Positions 56,823 through 64,000 of a stretch of DNA of 64,000 bases are shown here, one piece after another. Within the stretch, counting starts at the first letter, position 1. Each line of letters starts with the position of its first letter. This DNA is from Candidatus Latescibacterota bacterium. GTDB taxonomy: Bacteria > Latescibacterota > UBA2968 > UBA8231. Under the pieces are notes generated by a model. The model was not told the origin of the DNA and did not search any database. It saw only the letters and a program-made list of their open reading frames with translations. The stretch spans positions 7,087-71,086 of the forward strand of contig JAYZFI010000052.1 of assembly GCA_036336855.1 (NCBI GenBank), read 5' to 3'. Position numbers and translations under genes: made by a program.

Positions 56823-58091
56823 GTGAGTGTAGCGGGAGACCACGTTCCGACCCAGAGCCGACCCAGCGACCTCAAGATCACCGACATGCGTGTCGCCCAC
56901 ATCCAAGGCGGACCGTTTCGCTCGTGGCTTCTGCGCATCGACACCAACCAAGGCATCAGCGGCCACGGGGAGGTGCGCGACGGTGGTTCCAAGACCTACG
57001 CGCTGATGTTGAAGAGCCGCCTGCTCGGCGAGAACCCTTGCGAGGTAGATCGGCTGTTTCGTCGCATTAAGCAATTCGGCCATCATGCCCGCCAGGGCGG
57101 TGGCGTCTGCGCCGTGGAGATGGCCCTCATGGATCTGGCAGGCAAAGCCTACGGCGTGCCCGCCTATCAACTGGCGGGGGGCAAGTTCCGCGACCGCATA
57201 CTCTGCTACTGCGACACCACCTCGTGCGAAGATGGCGCCGAGATGGGCCGACGGCTCAAGGCACGTATGGAGGCGGGCTTCGGCTTTCTCAAGATGGACA
57301 TCGGTCTGCGCACTTTACGCGGTCACGATGACTGCGTCATCGCGCCGCTGGGCATGCTGCAGCGCCACGACATCATGCATCCCTTCACCGGCATTCAGAT
57401 CACCGAGAAGGGTATCGGCCTACTCTGCGAATACGTGGCGGCAGTGCGTAATGTCATTGGTTACGAAGTGCCGCTGGCGGTGGACCACTTCGGCCACCTT
57501 GGGCTGGAATCCTGCATTCGCGTGGGCAAGGCCCTGGATCAGTTCGGCCTGGCCTGGTACGAAGACATGATTCCCTGGCAGTTTCCCGACCAGTGGCAGC
57601 GGTTGGCCGAGTCGGTGGACACCCCGGTATGCACGGGCGAGGACGTCTATCTGAGAGAGGGCTTCCGGCCGCTGTTCGAGCGTCGCGCCATCGCTGTCGC
57701 CCACCCCGATCTGGCGACCTCCGGAGGAATTCTGGAGACCAAGAAGATCGGTGACGAGGCCCAAGAGCATGGCATCGCCATGGCGTTGCACATGGCCATG
57801 TCGCCGGTGGCGGCGCTGGCCTCTGTGCACTGCGCCGCGGCGACGGAGAATTTCATGGTTCTCGAGAACCACTCGGTAGATGACCTTGAGTGCTGGAGCA
57901 GCCTGGTCAAGGGCCTGCCCAATCCCCTCATTGAAGACGGACACATCGCTGTGCCCGAGGGGCCTGGCCTCGGTTTCACCGGTCTCAACGAGGACGCGGT
58001 ACACACGTTCTGCGATCCCAAGTACGGCGAGCCCTTCGGACCCACGGAAGAGTGGGATGATGAGACCGCCCACGACCGGCTGTGGAGTTGA
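56823..58091 (+). CDS. Mandelate racemase/muconate-lactonising family enzyme (probable acid-sugar dehydratase)
   Basis: EMALMDLAGKA.GVP.YQL.GG..RD, KMD, WYED, TGED, HPD; RBS GAGGAG. Confidence 0.88.
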   Translation: MSVAGDHVPTQSRPSDLKITDMRVAHIQGGPFRSWLLRIDTNQGISGHGEVRDGGSKTYALMLKSRLLGENPCEVDRLFRRIKQFGHHARQGGGVCAVEMALMDLAGKAYGVPAYQLAGGKFRDRILCYCDTTSCEDGAEMGRRLKARMEAGFGFLKMDIGLRTLRGHDDCVIAPLGMLQRHDIMHPFTGIQITEKGIGLLCEYVAAVRNVIGYEVPLAVDHFGHLGLESCIRVGKALDQFGLAWYEDMIPWQFPDQWQRLAESVDTPVCTGEDVYLREGFRPLFERRAIAVAHPDLATSGGILETKKIGDEAQEHGIAMALHMAMSPVAALASVHCAAATENFMVLENHSVDDLECWSSLVKGLPNPLIEDGHIAVPEGPGLGFTGLNEDAVHTFCDPKYGEPFGPTEEWDDETAHDRLWS

Positions 58092-58095
58092 GGAG

Positions 58096-58347
58096 GTGGG
58101 CCGCTATCGGATCGTCGTACTCATGAGCGACGTCGTCGACGAAGCCCAGTGTGTGCTGGACGCGGCCAGCGGGCCCGAGCTGAGCCTAACCGAGCACCCT
58201 TCGGGGTTCAACTGTGACCCGGGGCGTGCGCGAAATTCTCGCCGATCCTGCTGCCGGCACCCCCGACATCGGCGGCTGGATGACGACCGGCGAGTTCGGT
58301 TGAGCATTGCCGAGGTGGCCGCTGTGGCTGAACGGGAGACAGCATGA
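58096..58347 (+). pseudogene. Internally deleted isocitrate/isopropylmalate dehydrogenase-family gene
   Basis: N-terminus MGRYRIVVLMSD-VVDEAQCVLDAA is joined to C-terminus VREILAD...TPDIGGWMTTGEFG in another frame; TGA still overlaps the next ATG. Confidence 0.6.
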
Positions 58348-59207
58348 CGATGACAGGAATTCTCAGCGACGGACAGGTGCTTTCCTACCATGAGAACGGT
58401 TACCTCGTGGTGCCGGGGCTAGTGAGCGTGGATGAAGTCGAGGAGCTGCGAGAGGACGTGGTGCGCATCTGCCGCGGCGAGTATTCCCACGAGAACCTTC
58501 CCGAGCTCGATGCTTCGCTGTCGGCGGAAGAGGTACTGCGCACCTTCCTCTGCATCCACCACGTGCACAAGATCAGCCCCGTCATGCTGGAAACCGGTGT
58601 GAAGCAACCCGGGCTGGCTCAGGTGCTATCGCAAATCATCGGGCCCGAAGTGAAGTGCATGCAGTCCATGCTGTTCGTGAAACCCCCCGGCTTTCAGGGA
58701 CAGGCTTGGCACCAGGACGAGATGTTCATTCCCACCCGGGACCGCTCTCTCACCGGCGGCTGGATCGCCCTCGACGATGCCACCGAGGAGAACAGCTGCC
58801 TGCGGGTGATCCCTGGCTCCAACCACGGTATTATCTACGACTCGCGGCCCCACGAGAATCCGGAGGAGTTCGACTTCGCGCCGGAGTGTTACGGCTTCGA
58901 CGAAAGCGGCGAGATCACCGTGGAGGTGAAGGCGGGGGACGCCGTGTTCTTTAATGGCTATCTGTTGCACCGCTCCCTCAAGAATCGCTCGCAGCAATAC
59001 CGACGGGTGCTTGTAAACCACTATATGAACGCCTGGTCCCTGTTGCCCTGGCGCCCCCAGGAGAACCTGAACCCGGCGCGCTGGGACTACCGCGATATCG
59101 TCATGATCTGCGGCGAAGACCCCTATGCTCACAAGGGCACGGAGGATCTCGCCAACGTCAGCATCCGCACCTGCAAGGCCGCTGAGGAGGCGATGGCGGC
59201 GGACTGA
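58344..59207 (+). CDS. PhyH family Fe/2OG dioxygenase
   Basis: QSMLFVKPPG, WHQDE, LLHRS..N. Confidence 0.9.
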   Translation: MTMTGILSDGQVLSYHENGYLVVPGLVSVDEVEELREDVVRICRGEYSHENLPELDASLSAEEVLRTFLCIHHVHKISPVMLETGVKQPGLAQVLSQIIGPEVKCMQSMLFVKPPGFQGQAWHQDEMFIPTRDRSLTGGWIALDDATEENSCLRVIPGSNHGIIYDSRPHENPEEFDFAPECYGFDESGEITVEVKAGDAVFFNGYLLHRSLKNRSQQYRRVLVNHYMNAWSLLPWRPQENLNPARWDYRDIVMICGEDPYAHKGTEDLANVSIRTCKAAEEAMAAD

Positions 59208-59223
59208 GAAGCCGGACGCCCTT

Positions 59224-60447
59224 GTGAATCCACTGCTGAGCCGGCGTCGCTTCCTCGGTCTGGCTGCCGCGGCGGCGACGCTGCCGACGGCCTGCGCGCC
59301 CGGTGCCTCGCCTCATTTCCACTCGAGCACAACACCCGCGTCTTCCGCCGCGAATGGTCGGGTGCGACTGCGCGATCTCGGCATCGTCATCGGTGAGTTC
59401 GCGCCCGGCCCGTACAATGCCATCACTGATGTGCCCGGCGTCGCCGTGGGCCACGCCACTGTTATTCGGGGCCACGGCCCCTTGGTCGTTGGCGAGGGGC
59501 CAGTCCGGGCGGGGGTCACCGCCATACTGCCCCACACCGGGCAGCTGTGGACGAATCCCGTGCGCGTCGCCGACCACACCCTCAACGGCAACGGCGAATT
59601 CACGGGCCTGGGCCCCCTGCGCCGCACTGGCCTACTGGGCGCTCCCATCTTGCTCACTGACACCACGAGTGTCGGTCGTGTGCACGATGGTGCCGTGGCG
59701 TGGATGCTGGCGCGAGACGCCGATGCCCTCCACGGTGTCGTCGCTTTCGAGCCGGTAGTAGGTGAGACCTGGGGAGGAACTCTTAACGACAGCGAGGGGA
59801 GGCACCTGGGAGCCGAGCAGACCGCCGCGGCTCTCAACGCCGCCACCGATGGCACGGTGGCCGAAGGTAACGTCGGCGGTGGCACCCCCATGCGTGCCTT
59901 TGAATTCAAGGCCGGCATCGGCACGGCGTCGCGACGGGTGACTGCGGGTGATGTCGAACGACCCGTAGAATTCACTCTGGGGGTGCTCGTGCAGAGTAAC
60001 TTCGGAAGTCGGGAGTTGCTGCGGGTGAACGGGGTTCCGGTGGGCGCACAGATTCCGGAGCTGCAGATCGAGAAGATCGAGGAGCGCGCCACGTCCAATT
60101 CTGCCCTTGTCGTCATTGCCACCGATGCGCCCCTGATACCGGTACAACTGGAGGATCTGTGCAAGCGCTGCTGGCTCGGTCTGGCACGCACGGGAGGCAT
60201 CTCTACTCCGGGCAGCGGCGACCTCGCCATTGCCTTCTCCACGCCGGGACTGGGACCGGAAAGAGCCGAGCGGCGGCTGAACTCGATGAGCGCGCTAATT
60301 CAGGCCACGGTGGAGTCCACCGAAGAGGCGATCCTTAACTCCCTAACTATGGCGCAGACGATGACGGGCCGAGACGATAACCGTATACACGCCCTGCCTC
60401 TGGATCGGCTGCAGCAGATCGTGCGCCGTCACGGCATGCTGCAGTGA
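59224..60447 (+). CDS. DmpA/BapA (peptidase family P1) aminopeptidase, Tat lipoprotein
   Basis: GTG 59224; SRRRFLG...PTAC; NAITDVPGV.VGH, NGNGE.TG, EGNVGGG, FKAGIGTASR, NSALVVIATDAP. Confidence 0.88.
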   Translation: MNPLLSRRRFLGLAAAAATLPTACAPGASPHFHSSTTPASSAANGRVRLRDLGIVIGEFAPGPYNAITDVPGVAVGHATVIRGHGPLVVGEGPVRAGVTAILPHTGQLWTNPVRVADHTLNGNGEFTGLGPLRRTGLLGAPILLTDTTSVGRVHDGAVAWMLARDADALHGVVAFEPVVGETWGGTLNDSEGRHLGAEQTAAALNAATDGTVAEGNVGGGTPMRAFEFKAGIGTASRRVTAGDVERPVEFTLGVLVQSNFGSRELLRVNGVPVGAQIPELQIEKIEERATSNSALVVIATDAPLIPVQLEDLCKRCWLGLARTGGISTPGSGDLAIAFSTPGLGPERAERRLNSMSALIQATVESTEEAILNSLTMAQTMTGRDDNRIHALPLDRLQQIVRRHGMLQ

Positions 60448-61418
60448 CCCTCAACGAGTGCGGCATCTCCATCGGCGAATTGCCTTCCGGCTCCACCGCA
60501 ACGATCACCGATGTGGCCGGGGTGCGGGTGGGCCATGCCGATGCCACCCGGATCGATGCCGGCGTTACCGCCGTGGTGCCCTACCCGGATCTGCCCCGCC
60601 GATACTACGTGGGCGGCTGGTCACTGGACGATGGCGATGCAATGACTGGTGTCTACTACGCACAGGATTTCGGGACGCTGTCGGGGCCGTTGTTACTGAC
60701 GCCGACGCCGGCTGCTGGCAAGGTCTACAACGGCCTGTTGGACTACGGCTACGGCCTGAACGACGTTGCCGAGGATCCCTGGCCGCCAGTAATCGTCAAT
60801 GTGAACGGGCACCAAGACAGCGGTGGCGATATACGAGATGCGATCGACGAGAGCCTCGCCGCTTCCGCCTTGGCACAGGCTCGTGGCACGCCACCGCCCA
60901 TGGGGACCGTCGGCGTCGGTCGGGGGCGCCTCGCCTTCGGCGTGCCAGCGGGGGTGGGCAGTGCATCGCGCGGGGTCGCAGGGAAGACGGTGGGCGTGCT
61001 GTTGGTGGCCAATGGAGGCGAGCCGGACAGCCTGTCGGTGGCGGGAAAGCGTCGGCCGATCGCGGCAGCGCCGACGTCCGACGACCGGTCCCGGACGTTT
61101 GCCGCCGTGGTAGCGACCGATGCGTCTCTCATCCCTCGTCAGCTCGACCGCTTGGCACAGCGCGCGGCCTTCGGCCTTGTGCGGGTGGGGCTCGTTGATG
61201 CTCGTACCACCGAGGGTGTGGTGCTCGCGTTTTCCACTGCTCCCGTCGACGACGATGGCGACTCTTCACGAGCGACAGTGGCGGCGGTGATGACAGCGGA
61301 ACCCGACTTGCCTCCGCTCTTCCAGGCCGCCGCCGAGGCCTGCGAAGAGGCGGTGCTCTCCGCCCTGCTCGCCACCGACAACGGCGTTGTCAAGCAAGCA
61401 CTGCGAGGCAGCTCTTGA
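60444..61418 (+). CDS. Divergent DmpA-family paralog with no signal peptide
   Basis: ITDVAGVRVGHA, GVGSASR, VVATDA, LAFST, EEAVL; GTGA-coupled to the upstream gene. Confidence 0.75.
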   Translation: MTLNECGISIGELPSGSTATITDVAGVRVGHADATRIDAGVTAVVPYPDLPRRYYVGGWSLDDGDAMTGVYYAQDFGTLSGPLLLTPTPAAGKVYNGLLDYGYGLNDVAEDPWPPVIVNVNGHQDSGGDIRDAIDESLAASALAQARGTPPPMGTVGVGRGRLAFGVPAGVGSASRGVAGKTVGVLLVANGGEPDSLSVAGKRRPIAAAPTSDDRSRTFAAVVATDASLIPRQLDRLAQRAAFGLVRVGLVDARTTEGVVLAFSTAPVDDDGDSSRATVAAVMTAEPDLPPLFQAAAEACEEAVLSALLATDNGVVKQALRGSS

Positions 61419-62548
61419 CCGACTGGCTCGGCGATCGCAAGCAGGCGACCCAGGTGCGGCGGCGCCTGCTCGACTGGTTCCGGAGACACCAGCGCCGCAA
61501 CATGCCCTGGCGGCAGACCAAGGATCCCTATCGCGTCTGGGTTTCGGAGATAATGCTCCAGCAGACCCGGGTGGCGATCGCCCTTGGCTACTACGAGCGC
61601 TTCCTCTCCGCCTTTCCGACTCTGGAGGTGCTCGCTGCCGCCGACGAACAGGACGTGCTCAAATCCTGGGAGGGCATGGGCTATTACGCCCGAGCCCGCA
61701 ACCTACATCGCGCCGCCAAGATGGTGATACACGAGTTCGGCGGGCAGGTGCCGGACACCTACGAGGGTTTGCTGCAGCTTCCCGGCATCGGACCGTACAC
61801 CGCCGCCGCGGTGAGCTCGATCGCATCCGACGGGCGCCATCCCGTGCTCGATGGCAACGTCACCCGCCTGCTCTGTCGGTTGCTTCGCATCGACGAGGAC
61901 CCTCGCCGCACGGCCGTGAAGGCGGAGCTCATCGCTGCAGGCGAGCGCCTGGTCCCTGAACGGGGCTCCGCCGGCGAGGTGAATCAGGCGATGATGGAGC
62001 TGGGTGGCCGTGTCTGCAGACCACGAAAGCCGCTCTGTGGTGAGTGCCCGTTGGCCGATGACTGCCGCGCCCTACAGGACCTCGCCGATCCAGTGGAGCT
62101 GCCCATGAAGGTCGCCGCCAAGGAGCGGCCCCACTACGAGGTCACCGCCGGGCTAATCTGGAACGACAGCGAGCAGCTGCTGCTGGCGCGTCGGCCGCCC
62201 GACGGCATGCTCGGCGGCCTCTGGGAGTTTCCCGGGGGCAAGCAGGAGCCAAGAGAGAGCCTGAGTCAATGTCTACGGCGGGAGATCCTGGAGGAGCTCG
62301 ACTTCGAGATCGAAGTTGGCGAGCGGGTGGGTAGCGTTGAGCACGGCTACTCCCACTTCTCTATCACCCTGCACGCCTTCATCGCTCGCCATCAGCGGGG
62401 TACACCCAAAGCGATCGGCTGTGACGAGTGGCGCTGGGTGCGCCCGGCGAATCTCGACGACTTCCCCATGCCAAGGTCGGACCGCCGGCTGCTCGAACAG
62501 CTGGAAGGGTCCGGCCGCGACCTTCGGTTCGCACCTTTGGAGCAGTGA
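61415..62548 (+). CDS. mutY: A/G-specific adenine glycosylase with C-terminal Nudix domain
   Basis: VWVSEIMLQQT, GYYARARNLH, LPGIGPYTA, DGNV.R, Cx6Cx2Cx5C. Confidence 0.95.
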   Translation: MTDWLGDRKQATQVRRRLLDWFRRHQRRNMPWRQTKDPYRVWVSEIMLQQTRVAIALGYYERFLSAFPTLEVLAAADEQDVLKSWEGMGYYARARNLHRAAKMVIHEFGGQVPDTYEGLLQLPGIGPYTAAAVSSIASDGRHPVLDGNVTRLLCRLLRIDEDPRRTAVKAELIAAGERLVPERGSAGEVNQAMMELGGRVCRPRKPLCGECPLADDCRALQDLADPVELPMKVAAKERPHYEVTAGLIWNDSEQLLLARRPPDGMLGGLWEFPGGKQEPRESLSQCLRREILEELDFEIEVGERVGSVEHGYSHFSITLHAFIARHQRGTPKAIGCDEWRWVRPANLDDFPMPRSDRRLLEQLEGSGRDLRFAPLEQ

Positions 62549-62570
62549 ATCAGCAGAGGAGAGGTAGGGC

Positions 62571-63485
62571 ATGAAAGAAGCCGAACAGTCACCTTACCAG
62601 GGCGTCGTTGCCGAGATGAAAGCGCGCGGCGTTGGCCTCATGTTACGCGGCATCGCCATGGGCACCGCCGACGTCATTCCCGGGGTCTCCGGCGGTACCA
62701 TTGCCCTGATCACAGGAATCTACGATGAGCTCGTGGGCACCATAGCTGTTATCGACGGGCGGTTGCTGCGGGCCCTGGTGCGATTTCGCATCGGTGAGGC
62801 GCTTGTGCGAATCAACGCCGGTTTCCTGGTTCCACTGTTGGCGGGGATCTTCACCGCCGTTGTTACTCTTGCCAAGGCGATCACTTTCCTGCTCGCCGAG
62901 TACCCAACGCCGGTCTGGGGCGCCCTAACCGGACTAATCGTTGCCAGCCTGTTGGTGGTGGTCGGGCACATCCGCGGCTGGAACCCGGTGACGGTACTCA
63001 GCACCCTCTTCGGCATCGGCGTCGGCTACGGGTTCACCGTGCTCGTTCCCATGGAAACCGGCACTGAGCTCTACAAGTTTCTGCTCTCGGGATCGGTGGC
63101 GAGCGTAGCCATGATCCTGCCCGGCATCAGCGGCTCGTTCCTGCTCGTCATCCTCGGCAAATACCAGCAGGTGTTCGGTGCCATTGCTGAGCACGACCTC
63201 ATCATCATCTCTGTCTTCGGAGGCGGTTTCGTCTTCGGCATTCTGCTGTTCTCGCGCGTACTGAAATGGCTGTTGGCTCGATTTCATAGTCTCACCATGG
63301 CTTTCCTGGTGGGCCTGATGGCCGGCTCCCTGGGTAAGGTCTGGCCTTTCCGCGCCGAGACTGAAACCGGCTACGAGTGCGTGCTGCCGGTGGAATTCGG
63401 GCCTGAAACGGTGCTTTCCATCGCTCTCATGCTGGCAATGGTGACAGCGGTGATGGCCTTTGAGCGATATGCCGCCCACCGCTAG
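62571..63485 (+). CDS. DUF368 membrane protein (undecaprenyl-phosphate translocase family)
   Basis: MGTADVIPGVSGGTIA, AMILPGISGS, GSL.KVWP. Confidence 0.9.
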   Translation: MKEAEQSPYQGVVAEMKARGVGLMLRGIAMGTADVIPGVSGGTIALITGIYDELVGTIAVIDGRLLRALVRFRIGEALVRINAGFLVPLLAGIFTAVVTLAKAITFLLAEYPTPVWGALTGLIVASLLVVVGHIRGWNPVTVLSTLFGIGVGYGFTVLVPMETGTELYKFLLSGSVASVAMILPGISGSFLLVILGKYQQVFGAIAEHDLIIISVFGGGFVFGILLFSRVLKWLLARFHSLTMAFLVGLMAGSLGKVWPFRAETETGYECVLPVEFGPETVLSIALMLAMVTAVMAFERYAAHR

Positions 63486-63498
63486 GGAGGAAGCCAGG

Positions 63499-64000
63499 AT
63501 GAGCTACGAAAGGATCGAGTCGCGGTTCGTCGCCCATACCGACAAGGGCGAGGTGTCATCTCTGATGATCCGTCCACACGGAGCAAAGTGGCTGTTGGTG
63601 CTCGGACACGGGGCCAGCACGGACATGCGACACCGCAACATGCAGGCCATCGCCGAGAGCCTGGCCGACGCCATGGTGGCGACCTTCCGCTATAACCATC
63701 CCTACATGGAGTGTGGCGGCGGCCGCGACGCCCGCGGAGTGACCCTGGCCACGGTGCACGCTGCTTGCGAGGCGGCGCACTCGGCAGCGCCCCGGCTCAA
63801 GCTTCTGGCCGGCGGGCACTCGTTCTCTGGCCGAATGACCTCCCACGCCACCGCCGAGGACACACTTCCACACGTACGTGGTATTGTGTTCTTCGCCTTC
63901 CCCCTGCACCCGGCGGGCAGGCCCGGAACCGAACGTGCTGATCATCTCGCCGAGGTCGAAGTGCCCATGCTATTTCTTTCGGGAACCCGCGACAACCTCG
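63499..64000 (+). CDS. Alpha/beta hydrolase family protein, truncated by window end; absent from the ORF track
   Basis: Manual translation from ATG 63499 (GGAGG RBS): LGHGA, GGHSFSGRM, FPLHPAG, LFLSGTRD. Confidence 0.87.
   Translation, partial: MSYERIESRFVAHTDKGEVSSLMIRPHGAKWLLVLGHGASTDMRHRNMQAIAESLADAMVATFRYNHPYMECGGGRDARGVTLATVHAACEAAHSAAPRLKLLAGGHSFSGRMTSHATAEDTLPHVRGIVFFAFPLHPAGRPGTERADHLAEVEVPMLFLSGTRDNL

Noticed and set aside
155-63945. Numerous long antisense or alternate-frame ORFs in the track
   Set aside because: Shadow ORFs of GC-rich genes; Arg/Ser/Pro-rich with no motifs

Overview
GC-rich bacterial window with no rRNA, tRNA, CRISPR array, transposase or phage gene that I could recognise. 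Gene content suggests a Candidatus Latescibacterota-like (FCB-related) lineage; this is inference only. The left ~27 kb is a co-oriented minus-strand cell-envelope locus of almost entirely uncharacterised genes. It encodes six secreted discoidin-like proteins in three paralog classes, each with a PNxDGxxD/FlgD-like C-terminal domain ending in Tyr. It also encodes two ~950-990 aa acidic, barrel-like paralogs, a His-motif membrane/TPR protein, a vitamin K-dependent carboxylase (HTTM) homolog and two DUF6785-like multi-TM transporters. A 300 aa secreted protein in the middle has its own promoter and flanking RNA hairpins and ends in 'SWGHIK'. A divergent block (27-37 kb) holds three CRTAC1/ASPIC proteins, a PPIase, a TPR protein and a pentapeptide-repeat protein. 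A satellite class A + class B pair lies at 46-50.5 kb. The remainder is sugar-acid/small-molecule catabolism (FAH, SDRs, Zn-ADH, four PhyH dioxygenases, two enolase-family enzymes, a DmpA pair), housekeeping genes (His6-type hisA, rsmD, mutY, DUF368), one frameshifted gene and a few short gene remnants. All calls come from motif recognition by eye; no searches were run.
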